From contig NC_068985.1 of assembly GCF_001194135.2 (NCBI RefSeq), positions 51,993,428 to 52,057,427 on the forward strand: 64,000 bases of DNA, read 5' to 3'. Of the stretch, positions 45,430 through 58,463 are shown in pieces (the stretch's first letter is position 1; each line of letters starts with the position of its first letter). Made by a program: the position numbers and the translations under genes. This DNA is from Octopus bimaculoides (Eukaryota). Below the pieces are notes generated by a model. That model had not been told where the DNA came from. It was given only the letters and a program-made list of their open reading frames with translations, and made no database searches.

Positions 45430-47640
45430 CCCCCCTCTCTCTCATCTCTCTCTCGTTTTCCTCTCTTCCTCCATATCGTTCTCCCTCTTTCTTTCTCTCT
45501 CTCTCTCTCTCTCTCTCATTCTCACACTGTCTCTCTCTCGTGTCACACAATCTCTCTCTCTCTTTCTATCTCTCGCTCTCTCGTTTAATTTTTTTTTCGT
45601 TCATCATCTCACTTTTCTTTCTCGATCTTGTTTTTATTCTTTATTTACTTCTTTCTTCCATTCATTTTTTTTTGTCGCTTTTCTCTTGTTTTTCTGTCAT
45701 CTTTTTTCTCATCACACTTTTCTCTCCACAATAAACTTCGTTATTCTTTCTTTCTTTCTTCTTCTTCTTCTTCTTCTTCTTCTTCTTCTTCTTCTTCTTC
45801 TTCTTCTTTCTTTTTCTTCTTCTTCTTCTTCTTTCTTTTTCTTCTTCTTCTTTTTCTTCTTCTTTTTCTTCAACAAATCTTTCTTTCCCCCTCCCCTTCT
45901 ACATTTTCCTTTTTGGTGTTGTTGTTGCTGTTGTTGTTGTTGTTGTTGGTGTTGTTGTTGTTGTTGTTCTTCTTCTTCTTCTTCTTCTTCTTCTTCTTCT
46001 TGTTCTTCTTCTTTCTTCTTCTCCTTCGTCTTTTTCTTCTTCTTCTTTTCTTCTTCTTCTTCTTCTTCTTCTTCTTCTTCTTCTCCTCCTTCTCCTCCGT
46101 TCTTCTTCTTCTTCTTCTTCTTCTTCTTCTTCTTCTTCTTCTTCTTCTCCTCCTTCTCCTCCGTTTTTCTTCTTCTTCTTCTTCTTCTTCTTCTTCTTCT
46201 TCTTCTTTCTTCCATTCATATTTTTTCTTTTTTGTCATCTTTTTTCTCATAACACTTCTCTCTCGACTATAAACTTCATTCTTTGTTTGTTTGTTTGTTT
46301 GTTTGTTTGTTTCTTCTTCTTCTTCTTCTTCTTCTTCTTCTTCTTCTTCTTCTTCTTCTTCTTCTTGATTTCTGTCGTTCTTCGTCTTTCCTTCTCTATT
46401 CTCACTCTACTTTTTTCCCTCACTTACCTCCCCTAGTAATATCTCCCCTCTACTCCTCTCGTCTTAATAATTCTTTCTTTCCGTTTCATCTCATTCTCCC
46501 GCCACTCTTTTATTCACTTCTCTAAAATCTTCATTTTCTTCTTTCACCTTCTCTCTCTGTTCATTCTCTCTGTTTCCACCTTCTCTCTCTACCTCTTCAT
46601 TTTCTCATCCTTTCTTCGTTTCTTTCTCTTCTCTTTCCTCATTTTTTTTCACTTCTCTTTCTTCTATTATCTTCGTTTTCCTTCTTTCCCTCCTCTCTTA
46701 ATTCTCATTTTCATTTTCCTTCTTTCCATTTACCTTCTCTTCTCTTTCTTTATTCATATTCTTTCTTTCCTTCTTCCCCTTCTTTCTTTCCCCATTCATT
46801 CTTTCTTTCCTTCTTTCTCTTCCTATTCTCTCATTATTCATTCTCTCCCGTGCTGTCCACTTCCTCATTCATTCGTCCCTCTTTCTTTTCCTTTACTTTC
46901 TCTCTTTCTCATTCATTCTCTCTTTTTCTTTCCCCTCTCTTCTCTTTACTCGTTTATTCTCTCTATCCTTCCTTCTTTCCCCTCCTCCTCTCTTTTTCAT
47001 TCATTCTTTCTTTCATTCTTTCCCTTCCTCTTCCATTCTCTCTCTTTCTTTCCTCTTCTCTCTCTTTCTTTCCTCTTCTCTCTCTTTCTTTCCTCTTCTC
47101 TCTCTTTCTTTCCTCTTCTCTCTCTTTCTTTCCCNNNNNNNNNNNATTCTCTCTCTTTCTTTCCTCTTCTCTCTCTTTCTTTCCTCTTCTCTCTCTTTCT
47201 TTCCTCTTCTCTCTCTTTCTTTCCTCTTCTCTCTCTTTCTTTCCCCTTCTCTCTCTTTCTTTCCCCTTCTCTCTCTTTCTTTCCTTTTCTCTCCCTCATT
47301 CATTCTCTCCCTCTTTCTTCCACTTCCTTTACCTTCTCTCTTTCCTCATTCATTCTCTCTCTTTCCTTCTTTTCCTTTACCTTCTCTCTTTCCTTCTTTC
47401 TCTCTCCCCCTCACTCTCTCTTGGCCCTCTCCAACTTACAGTTCACTTCATTTTCTCACATTCTCTACTTTTCACCTCCTTCACATCTCACGTATCACTT
47501 TTACCCTATCATTCCCCTTCCATTTCATCTTCCTACACACTTTTTCTTATAAAACTCATTCCTCCTCTTTATTAAATTTTACATTATTTTCCTCTCAAAC
47601 TATCGACTCACCTCTTCACTCCATTATTCTCCTTCTCCAA
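45430..47640. repeat. 2.2-kb polypyrimidine tract: (CT)n, (CTT)n, (GTT)n and a 20-bp TTCCTCTTCTCTCTCTTTCT array
   Basis: Directly visible; 20-mer array at about 47035-47290. Confidence 0.95.
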
Positions 47641-47664
47641 GCTGACCGAATCCTTTTCTACTCT

Positions 47665-47872
47665 AAGCCCAAGACCCGAAATTTTTTGGGGAGGGAGTCA
47701 GTCGATTAGATCGACCCCAGTACGCAACTGGTACTTAATTTATCGATCCCGAAAGGATGAAACGCAAAGTCGACCTCGGCGAAATTTGAACTCAGAACGA
47801 ACGTAAAGACAGACGAAATACCGCTAAGCACTTCGCCCGGCGTGTTAACGTTTCTGCCAGCTCGCCGCCTTA
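47665..47872 (-). mobile_element. SINE family A, young copy
   Basis: Near-consensus from AAGGCGGCGAGCTGGCAGAAACGTTAAC to CCCCAAAAAATTTCGGG. Confidence 0.9.
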
Positions 47873-47875
47873 ACA

Positions 47876-48005
47876 AGCTGACAGAATCATTACTGCAACA
47901 GGCAAAATGCTTAGTGCCATTTTTTCCGATCTTTACGTTCCGCGTTCGAAATCCGTCAAGGCTGACTTAGCCGTTCATCCTCTCATGATCAATAAAATAA
48001 GTAGC
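47876..48005 (+). mobile_element. SINE family A, old partial copy
   Basis: AGCTGACAGAATCATT...AAATGCTTAG...TTCATCCTCTC..GATCAATAAAATAAGTA. Confidence 0.65.
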
Positions 48006-48258
48006 GGTTGTGTGTGCTTGTGTGTGGGTCCTGCTGTGTGTGTTTGTGTGATTGTTTGACGTGTGTCTGAGTGTGTGTAATGTGTGTGTGGGTCTGGAAT
48101 ATGTGTGTGTGCGTGTGTGTGTGTGTGTGGCTTGTGTGATTATGCGTGGTAGGTGTCAGTATGTGCACGAATAATTGTGTGTGTGTGTGTGTGTGATTGA
48201 TGCCAGGCCTTGAGCCTGTTTTAGAAAAATACTTTATTTCTCTATTGAAGTTGCTAAA

Positions 48259-48465
48259 ATGTCGCAGGAAAGGATCGCATGACGGATTCTTCAAAACGAG
48301 CCAACCAGCCACCTGCAGGAGACTGTGGGGCAGACCAAGAACGAGATAACGCATGTTTAAGGATGGTTGCTTCTTATAGGAATCTTTGGATGTGGTGCTT
48401 GAAGATTCTACACCCGTGACCCGTCCAGGAGTAATGGGCAGGGACGCAGGATGTATGGATGGATA
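48259..48465 (+). pseudogene. RTE/Expander-like LINE 3' end with (GATG)n-like tail
   Basis: MSQERIA*RILQNEP...RRLWGRPRTR*, i.e. the GRP...RW terminal motif; ends GGATGTATGGATGGAT. Confidence 0.55.
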
Positions 48466-48869
48466 GAATCGCTGGAACAGCAGAGATCACCAAACAAACT
48501 ATCTTGTTTTATATAGTTATGACCCATTACTTTCTCAGTTCAAGCCCAGCGGAAGTCATCGTTAGTTTTATTTCTTTTGAGGATCGATAAATTAGAATGC
48601 CGATTAAAATCAAGAGTTGAAATAAGCAACTGTTTCCCACACGCCCTTATAACACACATTTGGGGCGTTAAGGAAATATTGGTTTTAAATTTTGGTACAA
48701 GGCCAGAAAGTTCGGGGCAGGTGGTAAGTCAATTACATCGATCTCAGGACTCAGTTGGTTCTTATTTTATTGGCTTCGATAGGGGATTTTATCTTAAAGC
48801 GTTCACTCGTTACAAGGTCCTTAGACCGCCGAAAACGTAAGAGCTACTAGAATAAAATGGACGCTAGAC

Positions 48870-48968
48870 AGAAGTCAATAGTTGAGGATGTACATTAGGC
48901 TTAAAAAGCAGGAGGTCATATTGAAGAGGAAAACAAGACTGTGGAAGGGAATTCCAAAGTTCAGAGGT
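48870..48968 (-). pseudogene. CR1/L2-like LINE 3' end
   Basis: FFPLTSELWNSLPQSCFPLQYDLLLFKPNV resembles the FF.RT..LWNSLP...F...FK..V terminal motif. Confidence 0.55.
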
Positions 48969-49292
48969 GAGAGGGAAGAAGGGGGATGAAAGGCAAAGTC
49001 GACTTCGCCGGAATTTGAACTCAGACGAAATGCCGCTAAGCATTTTACTCGGCATGCTAATGATTCTGCTAGCTCACCGCCTTGTTTTGTGGGAAATATT
49101 GACTTCAAATGTTAACACAAGGCCAGCAATTTCAGGGAGTAGTAAGTTGATTACATCGACTCCAGTGCTCAACTGGTACAATTTTATCGATTCCGAAAAA
49201 ATAAAAGGCAAAGTCAACCTCGGCAGAATCTGAACTCAGAACGTAAAGACGGACGAAATGCCGCTAATTATTTTACGATTCTGCCAGCTTGC
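48969..49292 (-). mobile_element. two tandem SINE family A copies
   Basis: About 48969-49083 and 49112-49292, each with GAACTCAGA...GAAATGCCGCTAA...GATTCTGC. Confidence 0.85.
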
Positions 49293-50295
49293 CATGTTAC
49301 TTTGTGGAAATATTAGAAATAATTTAAGTTTTCAAAATCGGCGTTTTATGTAGTTCAGAAGTTTCTGTATCTGACAAAATTAATTGTAGTATTTTAGTCA
49401 TGGCTGCTTAAATTCTAAGTTCAAGTCCTACCAAGATTGATTTTATGTTTCACTTGTCTGGAATTTAATAAAACAAGGTACCTGTTAAATCTTGGGGCTG
49501 GTGACGCCATGGTTCAATGTTTTAGATCTTTATTTTGTCTACAGTTTACTTGTATTTTGTCATTCTGTTTTAAAAAGCATTTTTCTTTTTTTTCTTTCTG
49601 AAAATTTCTTGTCTTTAAGGGTATCGCGAAAGACTTGTTTGGAGGCTCGACTTTCCCAGTTCTTTTACAGGGCTAACACAGACCGAAGGACAGCTGCAAT
49701 AAGTCTGCGAATCTGAGAGAGGAATGTGCTGCATAAAATCATAAACAACTGATCGTTCTGTATTTTCTTTTAACCAAAGTCAGGAACTTTTCAGCACGTC
49801 TCATATTCATCTAATCTATTAAAAATACCCATAATATGCGATCATGTTCATTTAGTGTTAAAAGAAACACTATATGTAGATGTCTTTAGTATCAAGTGCA
49901 CAAAACACACGAAAGCAAGAAAAGTGGTTATTGTTACAAAAAATTTAGCATTGTGGCATTGTGGCGTTGATGAAAAACTTTAACCATATCCCTTCTTAAA
50001 AGGTTTTTAGAATTCAATAAAAATTATGCGCCGTTTAGTGACTCGTACTTCAATTATATTATGCACACAACAAATTTTGGTGTGTTATGATAATCCTTTA
50101 CAATAAAAAAGTAATAATCAGGAAATATTTGATATAGCTATGGGGAACTACGAGGTGGTGGTTGATCTCTGCCGTGGCAACACAATAAATACTGTTAGGA
50201 GTGAGTTCATGGACAAATCGAAAGAAAATTATGAGATTTATTTGGAAATTGCATAAAAAACGAATCTAAGTACAACTTTTATGTGTGTGTGTGTT

Positions 50296-50345
<50 letters not shown>

Positions 50346-51121
50346 TGCATGTGTGTGTGCGTGTATGTATGTATGTATTTTGTAGTAACATAACGTAAAA
50401 AAGCATTATCTTAATACAAAAATCCAAACATTTCTCCATCTCTCCGGAATCCTTAAAACCTTATTTAATAAATTTAGTAATCAACCTCACCCTTCGACAA
50501 GGAACCCTTATCGTTTAACCATACTACACGTTATTGCAATGGTGACCCAAAAGAGAGTGACTTCAAAAATAGAATACATTACGTACGTAACGACACGAAT
50601 GTTCATAATGACAAAATTATGATACAAAGTATTCTACGTTATAGAACCTCCTATTAATACGTTACATATTAGAACAACACTAATATAATGCAAAAACTAA
50701 AACAGAAATATTTCATGGTATAATGAACCCTGAAGTTCAAAAGTTTCTTCCAACGTTACCAGAATTTTAAAATCCTAATAAGTTTCCTTAAGTCCTGCAA
50801 ATAAACTTTCTACGGTAAACTACTAGGTCTTTAATTGACATAACGTTAAGGTGAGCTAGAGTTACACCAAAATTTTTGATGTTTCTGTTGACAGAAAAAA
50901 AAACAAGAGAAAACCTTGCAGTACGAATATATTAAACACTTCTTCTCTGGAGAGTTACAACTCAAATATCTGAGCTCTTAATAGTATATATATTTAAAGG
51001 TCTTGTTAGGCTTTTTACAAATAATGGTAAAAAGAAAATAGTTATGGCTTATAGACGATTCTTGCATATTCAAAATCTACGGTATATATTTTCACACGCG
51101 TTATGATGACACACACGCATA

Positions 51122-51161
<40 letters not shown>

Positions 51162-51647
51162 TACATAAATAAATTATATATATATATGTATATACATACA
51201 TACTAAGAATACAGACATACAGACATAAACACACACACACAGGTACACATATATACATGTATGGGAGTTCCTTTAGCTGGAAGAACTACTATAGGTGAGA
51301 AACAGGCGTACATGCGAAGCGTTTAGCTTCTTAGTTTAATTATATGATTTATTATTATAGCCTGCATTTAGTCTTTGTCAGTGTTTGTAGGGTGTGTCAT
51401 TGGAGTAGTTTTAAAACATATACGCACACACGCGCGCACACACACATGTACTCACAGACACTCATACACTCACATATACACATGTGGGTAAGGATACATA
51501 TATATGTATACACACAGGTATATGCTGTAAGTATTTATGTATAGTAACATGCCTACAACAATGCATCCGTAAAACTCATTCTGATAAATATATTGTACGT
51601 ATAGATGAAGAGAGAGAGAGGGTGAAAGAGAGTGAGAGAAAGAGAGA

Positions 51648-51759
51648 GCTTTAGGTGTTTTCGCTCAATAAGAACTCACAACGCCCGGTTTGGGAATCGA
51701 AACCGCAATCCTATGACCGCGAGTCCGCTGCCCTAACCACTGGACCATTGCGCCCCCAC
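51648..51759 (-). mobile_element. SINE family C head
   Basis: Reverse complement matches 24388-24500 (GGGGGCGCAATGGTCCAGTGGTTAGGGCAGCGGACTCGCGG). Confidence 0.9.
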
Positions 51760-52338
51760 TAGACATGCTATGTGATGTATGTTGTATAAAACTTGCATTG
51801 TGGGTATATATGATACAACACTTGAAATGAAAGGACACGATGTCGATCTTTCCTAGGTGGGTATCTAATAGAGAACATGAAGGAGTAGAGATAGGATTTA
51901 AGATCTGCAGTCTGTGTATTCGCTCTAATTATAGGTTTGCATTTATAGCTGTAATTATTGATGTGTTCAGTTACGTTAAGTGCTATTAACCGAAGTAAAT
52001 TTGGTAAGTTAGTCGTTTCTAAAAGACATTAAGAGATTCTGCCATTAAACTCTGTTATAGAAATTTGATCCATTAAGTGAGACAAAATGACATGCAAGGT
52101 CAGTATTTATGTGATCCGGTTGGGTCCGTTGTTAGTGTGAATATTCAGGAAGGCGCCGAATTTGTGATTCTCTTCGCGACTTTTTAGGAATAAACTAAAA
52201 CAGAGAGTGAAAAACATACATACGTACATACATATTTATATATATGTATGTATATACATACATACATATATGTATATATACTCACACACACAAACACTCA
52301 CACACATATGTAAGCATATATGTGCGTCATGTATGTAA

Positions 52339-52376
<38 letters not shown>

Positions 52377-52483
52377 TATACATTAGAAAGTTATTAAAGT
52401 TATGGCGGTTATAGAGTGACCATTAGTTTCGCACCTTTAAATATGTATGTATGTATGTATGTATGCATGTATGTATGTATATA

Positions 52484-52838
52484 TGAGGCTGGGTGGCAAA
52501 GCCTGGCTATGAAGGAGTGATGTTAGAGGCGTGAAATCTTGCATGCATTCATTTCGGCTTTGCTTATTAAAAACTGCATCGTACCTTTCAGGTAAACCGG
52601 CATACAACTATTCAAAGAAGACTTCAAAGGTAACTAGTAACGACGTTTCTTGAAAATGGACAAAATTTGGCATCGTGGTGCTATCAAAAACCAGCAGAAA
52701 AAGTGTTCATCTCCCAACGAAATTCTTGGGTACACGTTTGTTACATTAGGGGATGACGTTCCAACTTTATCAGCTGGGCAAAAGTGGGCAGTTGAGTTAA
52801 GGAGGGGAACGGAGTCTTGAAGATGTCTCAAGGTCTGG
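52484..52838 (+). mobile_element. 5' part of an irritans-like mariner
   Basis: TA|TGAGGCTGGGTGGCAAAG end; ATG 52656 MDKIWHRGAIKNQQKK...VTLGDDVPTLSAGQKWAVELRRG..SLEDVSRSG. Confidence 0.75.
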
Positions 52839-52839
52839 C

Positions 52840-52985
52840 AGGATTTGAACTAAGAATATAAAGACGGACAAAATGTCGTGACGCATTTTGTCCGGCTTGC
52901 TAACAGATCTGCTATAATACTTTCTATTATAAGCACAAAACCTGAAATGTTAGGGGAGGTGTCCGGTCGATTATATCAACACCCT
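52840..52985 (-). mobile_element. SINE family A remnant
   Basis: GATTTGAACTAAGAA..TAAAGACGGAC...GCATTTTGTCCGG.TTGCTAAC. Confidence 0.65.
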
Positions 52986-52999
52986 AACCATGCGATATA

Positions 53000-53051
<52 letters not shown>

Positions 53052-53308
53052 TATATGCATATATATATGTATGTATTTATACATACATACATACACACAT
53101 ATGCATATATGTGTGTGTGTATATATATATATATATATAAAGATATATATTATATTATTTCGCTTAGGCATAGCGAGTCTAATAACCAGATGTTAGAACT
53201 TAATTTACATATGTTTCAGAACAAAGCGTCAGTCGAGTACAGAGCAGTAATAAGAAATTATGCCATGAAGTTCATGACATATCTTATTCCCTACTCATTT
53301 TTATTTCT

Positions 53309-53416
<108 letters not shown>

Positions 53417-54037
53417 TGTATGTCACTATTCAGTTTTATTTCAAGATTTCTTGCCAATAAAGAGCCGGTTTCTAACCTAGATTCATGGTTCCTTCATTGA
53501 AATTTCAACAGCATGAACAGGGTATGTATGTATGTATATATGTATGTATGTACGTACGTACGCATGTATGTATATTCCAATGGTTAGTTGTGTTATTGGC
53601 GCAATTAGTGCTGTTAGTAAATGCTTAATAATTATTCTTACAAACTGGAGCTTTACACAAAGAGAGACATGCAAATCGTACTTTTAAAATTAAATTTGTA
53701 AATTGAAGCGCTCCAGATTATAAGAATTGATAATGTTACTCCCCTCATATATGATATAGTCACTAAGTCTAACCCCAATTTAACAAGCTAAACCCACTGA
53801 GGTAACGATTTCTTTTCCGACTAAACTCAATGGATTTCACTCTATTCGGTCTTACAGTAGACCCCTGTGCATGAAAGAATCTTGAATCCAAGAAAAATGG
53901 GGTGTAAGTGGTGGTCCGAGTGGATAAAACTTAATTCGTATAAATAAGAGTTTGATTCGTGTTTTATGAGATGATTGGCCGTGAGGAGTAAACGCAACAT
54001 TTTTGACGTATTCAGTTATTGTTGTTTTGTTCCTTCT

Positions 54038-54093
<56 letters not shown>

Positions 54094-54185
54094 GGCATAA
54101 AAAGAGAAGAAAATTTTGAGGGGAATAGGAAGAAAGAGGTCATCAGCACAAAAATTAGCTCCTGTTGCCAAAGGATTTGAACCTA

Positions 54186-54876
54186 CAGAGTGTCCCAGAA
54201 TTAACTATCTACTTCAATGATAAAGCAGAGAATTTTATGTTTATTACTTAATTATGATATCAGAACAAATGGATTAATAAATCTTGCGTCAGAGCTTTAG
54301 TGGAAATTTTCAACGTGTGCTCCGTCTATATCCTTGCAAATTTCAAATCTATCCTCAGCGTTGCGAAATACATATTCAACTATTTCAGGAGTTCTCTCCT
54401 GCACTGCCAACTGAATGCGTCCGTTAAGTTTAGCTAAGCTGTTGCTCCATCCTGGGGATGGAAACAGGAAAAAATGATTGCAACCAAATTGAAAAAAACA
54501 TGTCATAGACAAATAAACGGGATCCAACAGGAATGAAAATACAATTATAAAAAAAAAAATTATAAAAATTATAAACAAAATAAAAGAATTTATACACTTA
54601 TAGTAGTAGTAGTAGGATATCTTGGCAAACAGACCCCTCTGGAGACACACCATCAAAACGGGTTCAGCGGACTTCGAGAAAGCCCGAGTCGCAAGAACTG
54701 AACTCAAGAGACGGGAGAGAAAGCAGCGCCTTCTCCTTCCCAAACCAACCCCTTCTATCCCTTGTCCACAATGTCCCCGTATGTTTCATGCAACCCTTGG
54801 ATTGCGGAGCCATCTGCGGTTCAAACACCCAGGAAAATGAACTGGATTGCAAGCTCGGAAACACGAGACGCAGCCA

Positions 54877-54937
<61 letters not shown>

Positions 54938-55005
54938 AATAAAAGTGAGTTTTTAAAAATTTGTCCGATTACACTGAAATAGATAGTTAATTCTGGGACA
55001 CGCTG
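54186..55005 (-). mobile_element. non-autonomous rosa/DD41D-like element with 26-bp TIRs
   Basis: TA|CAGAGTGTCCCAGAATTAACTATCTA ... TAGATAGTTAATTCTGGGACACGCTG (25/26); minus-strand remnant LAKLNGRIQLAVQERTPEIVEYVFRNAEDRFEICKDIDGAHVENFH*; right TA not seen. Confidence 0.8.
54616..54936 (+). mobile_element. 5'-truncated RTE (BovB-like) LINE 3' end with (CTA)n tail
   Basis: DILANRPLWRHTIKTGSADFEKARVARTELKRRERKQR...CPQCPRMFHATLGLRSHLRFKHPGK* (C2H2-like end), short 3' UTR, (CTA)n. Confidence 0.85.
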
Positions 55006-55205
55006 AGATAGTCCATACAGTGGAAACACCTTTCCTCACCTGCTCCAAAGAAGGCCAATGTAGCTTCATCTGCAGGGAGGGTGATGACTGCAGTTGTTTG
55101 GGTTACAAAAGGAATTGTATTTATTGATTATCCTCAAAAATACCACACCATCAGTTTCGTAACTGCTGAGGCAGTAAGGAAAAGCTATCAATACCAAACA
55201 CCCAC
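55006..55205 (+). pseudogene. irritans-like mariner central fragment
   Basis: R*SIQWKHLSSPAPKKANVASSAGRVMTAVVWVTKGIVFIDYPQKYHTI. Confidence 0.8.
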
Positions 55206-55454
55206 TTTTATAGCTTGGAAGCTTAGCTTAAATTTTACAAAAATGAGCTAAGAGAAATAACTCGGAGTAGTCAGTGGCATGTATATGAATACCGTAGACA
55301 AAAATACAGGTCTTCAGACAATAAGCCTGCACTTTTCGTTATTGGCATGTCAACCCTTGATTTATAAGATTATCTTCTCTTCTCATATGAAGCCGGTCTT
55401 AATTGCCATTTATAATTATGACACATCCCTTTGAAGCAAAGATAATTTTAATAA

Positions 55455-55592
<138 letters not shown>

Positions 55593-56093
55593 ATAGACGC
55601 AAATAGGCCAGACATCATACTGAAANNNNNNNNNNNNNNNNNNNNNNNNNNNNNNNNNNNNNNNNNNNNNNNNNNNNNNNNNNNNNNNNNNNNNNNNNNN
55701 NNNNNNNNNNNNNNNNNNNNNNNNNNNNNNNNNNNNNNNNNNNNNNNNNNNNNNNNNNNNNNNNNNNNNNNNNNNNNNNNNNNNNNNNNNNNNNNNNNNN
55801 NNNNNNNNNNNNNNNNNNNNNNNNNNNNNNNNNNNNNNNNNNNNNNNNNNNNNNNNNNNNNNNGGGAACTGCCCATATCCTACGTAAAATACTGTCTATG
55901 TGATCTCAAATTTTAAAGCAAACACAATTTTCTTATGGTTTATTAAACATTCACTTGAACAAAACTGTACAAATCCAAATATATGGTACCCTAGGCATAA
56001 TACCTACATGAACCTCTAACTTGTTGTCTCTTGAGGTCTCTGGGTGAGACTTGGATCCAACTTGTACAAATGCAAAACAAAAGTCAAACATAA

Positions 56094-56158
<65 letters not shown>
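55593..56158 (+). mobile_element. 5'-truncated R4/Dong-like RLE LINE embedded in TAA repeats
   Basis: IDANRPDIILK before the gap and GTAHILRKILSM* (stop 55901-55903) after it; about 190-bp 3' UTR; (TAA)n on both sides. Confidence 0.8.
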
Positions 56159-56161
<3 letters not shown>

Positions 56162-56824
56162 TTATTATTATTATTAAGGCGAGTTGGCAGATTAGATATT
56201 GAAAATATCAGTGACTGCTATCACGGATGTTATCGTTGTTACGTTATTCTTTTTCAAACCAATGATTCTTTTAATTACTATCTTCATTGGAGGAACTTAA
56301 CGTATTCTTTAAATTGTCATTATCAGCATGTAATTGAATTTGTAGTTTTCTTTACCGTACATATAGGCTAATAAAATTCTCTCTCGACCGATCTTTCTTA
56401 ATAAAGATGAACACTAAATCAACAACAAATAGTATTAAAAAAGGAGCAATTATCAATTAGAAAGGTTCCTTTCTGTTTTCCTCTTTCTTATTATTTCTCT
56501 GAATATTTCTTTCAGTCAGTATGTTAATTGTTTTGCAGTCTCATCGCCGGTTAACCTATTTATATCAAACATCAAAATATTAAGTATTTTGTGATTGATG
56601 CATTGAATTTTATGCAACAAATTGTCATTTTCATAAGGAATTGAAAATCGTATTTTATAATTAATAACAAACTGTATTTAATAAAAAAAATATTTATAGT
56701 TTTAGTTTGAGTAGACACTGCATACATTGTCTACCTTGAGGGCACACACACACACGCGGCGCGCACACATACACACACATGCACGCACAAACACACACAC
56801 ACAAACACACACTCACACACACGC

Positions 56825-56881
<57 letters not shown>

Positions 56882-57466
56882 ATTCCTCACATCAGGAGAT
56901 AAGGAAATATATCAATATGGGAAATGCATTTTTCTTTTTATATTGTAGTAAATTGATTCCAAAATATATAAGTACTGTAAAATCATTTCAAAATACAATA
57001 ATATACATTGAAAAAAAAATGGTTATCATAATCAAATTATTTCAGAAGATATTATTACTTATTCCAAAATATCATATATGTATCTAAAATACGTTACGGT
57101 AATAAAATCATTTCCAGATTCCAGAGTACATTCAAATAATTTCAAAATACCCTACTAAATTCCAAAAATACATCGAATTATATAATTTCAAACCGGTTTC
57201 ACTTTGTACAAAATATATTCATTGCAATGTACGTAATGGCTTGCTACTATCTTTCATTTAATATATTGTGCATCTTCCGCTTGATGCAACAGAACACTAC
57301 AACTGACATTGACGATAATTATTGCCAGTAACTGACTATTTTCAAACCACCACTGTCATCACCTTAATTCATCTTCATCCTCTATCTATCTAATCCCCAT
57401 CTCTTTTTTCTGTTTTGCTTCCTTTCTTTCTATGTATGTATGTATGTATGTATGTATGTATGTATG

Positions 57467-57515
<49 letters not shown>

Positions 57516-57594
57516 ATGTGAGACTCTAACTTTCTATTTTAAAATGCTAAAGAGAGTGAGAGAGAGAGAGAGAGGAGAGAGGTGGAGAGAGAAA

Positions 57595-57631
<37 letters not shown>

Positions 57632-58284
57632 TGGAGAGGGAAAGGAAGGGGGAGAGAGAAAGAGGGTAAGATACGATTAAAGACAGACTAAAGAGCATCA
57701 TCTCTATCCTTTTCCTCTATATATTTCTCGTGTTTACTTGTCCAACATTCCTTATTTCTATCTATTGTACTATGTCAGACAGTGATTCAGAAAGAGAAGG
57801 ACGAAAAGAAGAAGCAGAGAGTTTGATAATATACAAAAGTATTGTCACCGTCATCACCGTCTGTCTCCTACTGCTCTCTGAAACTTTTTCTTCGTTTGTA
57901 TCTCATTCTCCAACTTTCTCTATTCTATTATTCCAGCAACACAAAGATTAGTACAAATGCTCCATTTCAATTTTCTGTCTATATACGTCTTTCTCGACAG
58001 ACAGTAGCGTGTTTTCGGTGGGAATATGGTTGCTATTTCTAAAAATAAATGTTATACAAGCCTTTTAATAGGGGTGATGAATGATAAAATATATGGTTGT
58101 ATGAGTGTTTGTTTTTTCAGTTTGTTTTTCTAAGAACGGTGTAGGGGTACAATTTACAAACACATACAAACATAGACACATACACACATACATAGACATA
58201 TATGGAAAGAGACAAAAATATATACATGTACGTATACAAGNNNNNNNNNNNNNNNNNNNNNNNNNNNNNNNNNNNNNATATATT

Positions 58285-58322
<38 letters not shown>

Positions 58323-58411
58323 CATGTATGTATATATATATATATATATACACACACACATATATCATATATCTATATATATGTGTATATATACGTATGT
58401 ATATACCTATA

Positions 58412-58463
<52 letters not shown>

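Noticed and set aside
45419-46272. 277-aa and 214-aa ORFs
   Set aside because: Poly-L/S/F/E/K/R from (CTT)n and (GTT)n repeats
49661-49720. Possible 60-nt minus-strand exon (TFLSQIRRLIAAVLRSVLA)
   Set aside because: Weak donor GTAAAA, no recognisable domain, chance level
51285-51325. CTGGAAGAACTAC...GAGAAACAGGCGTA hammerhead-like string
   Set aside because: Core has an extra base and stem I cannot pair
53858-53903. Plus-strand exon-like unit with TTACAG(TAG) acceptor and GTAAGT donor
   Set aside because: Stops in all frames from the main acceptor; the only open version is 43 nt with no recognisable peptide; could be non-coding but unsupported
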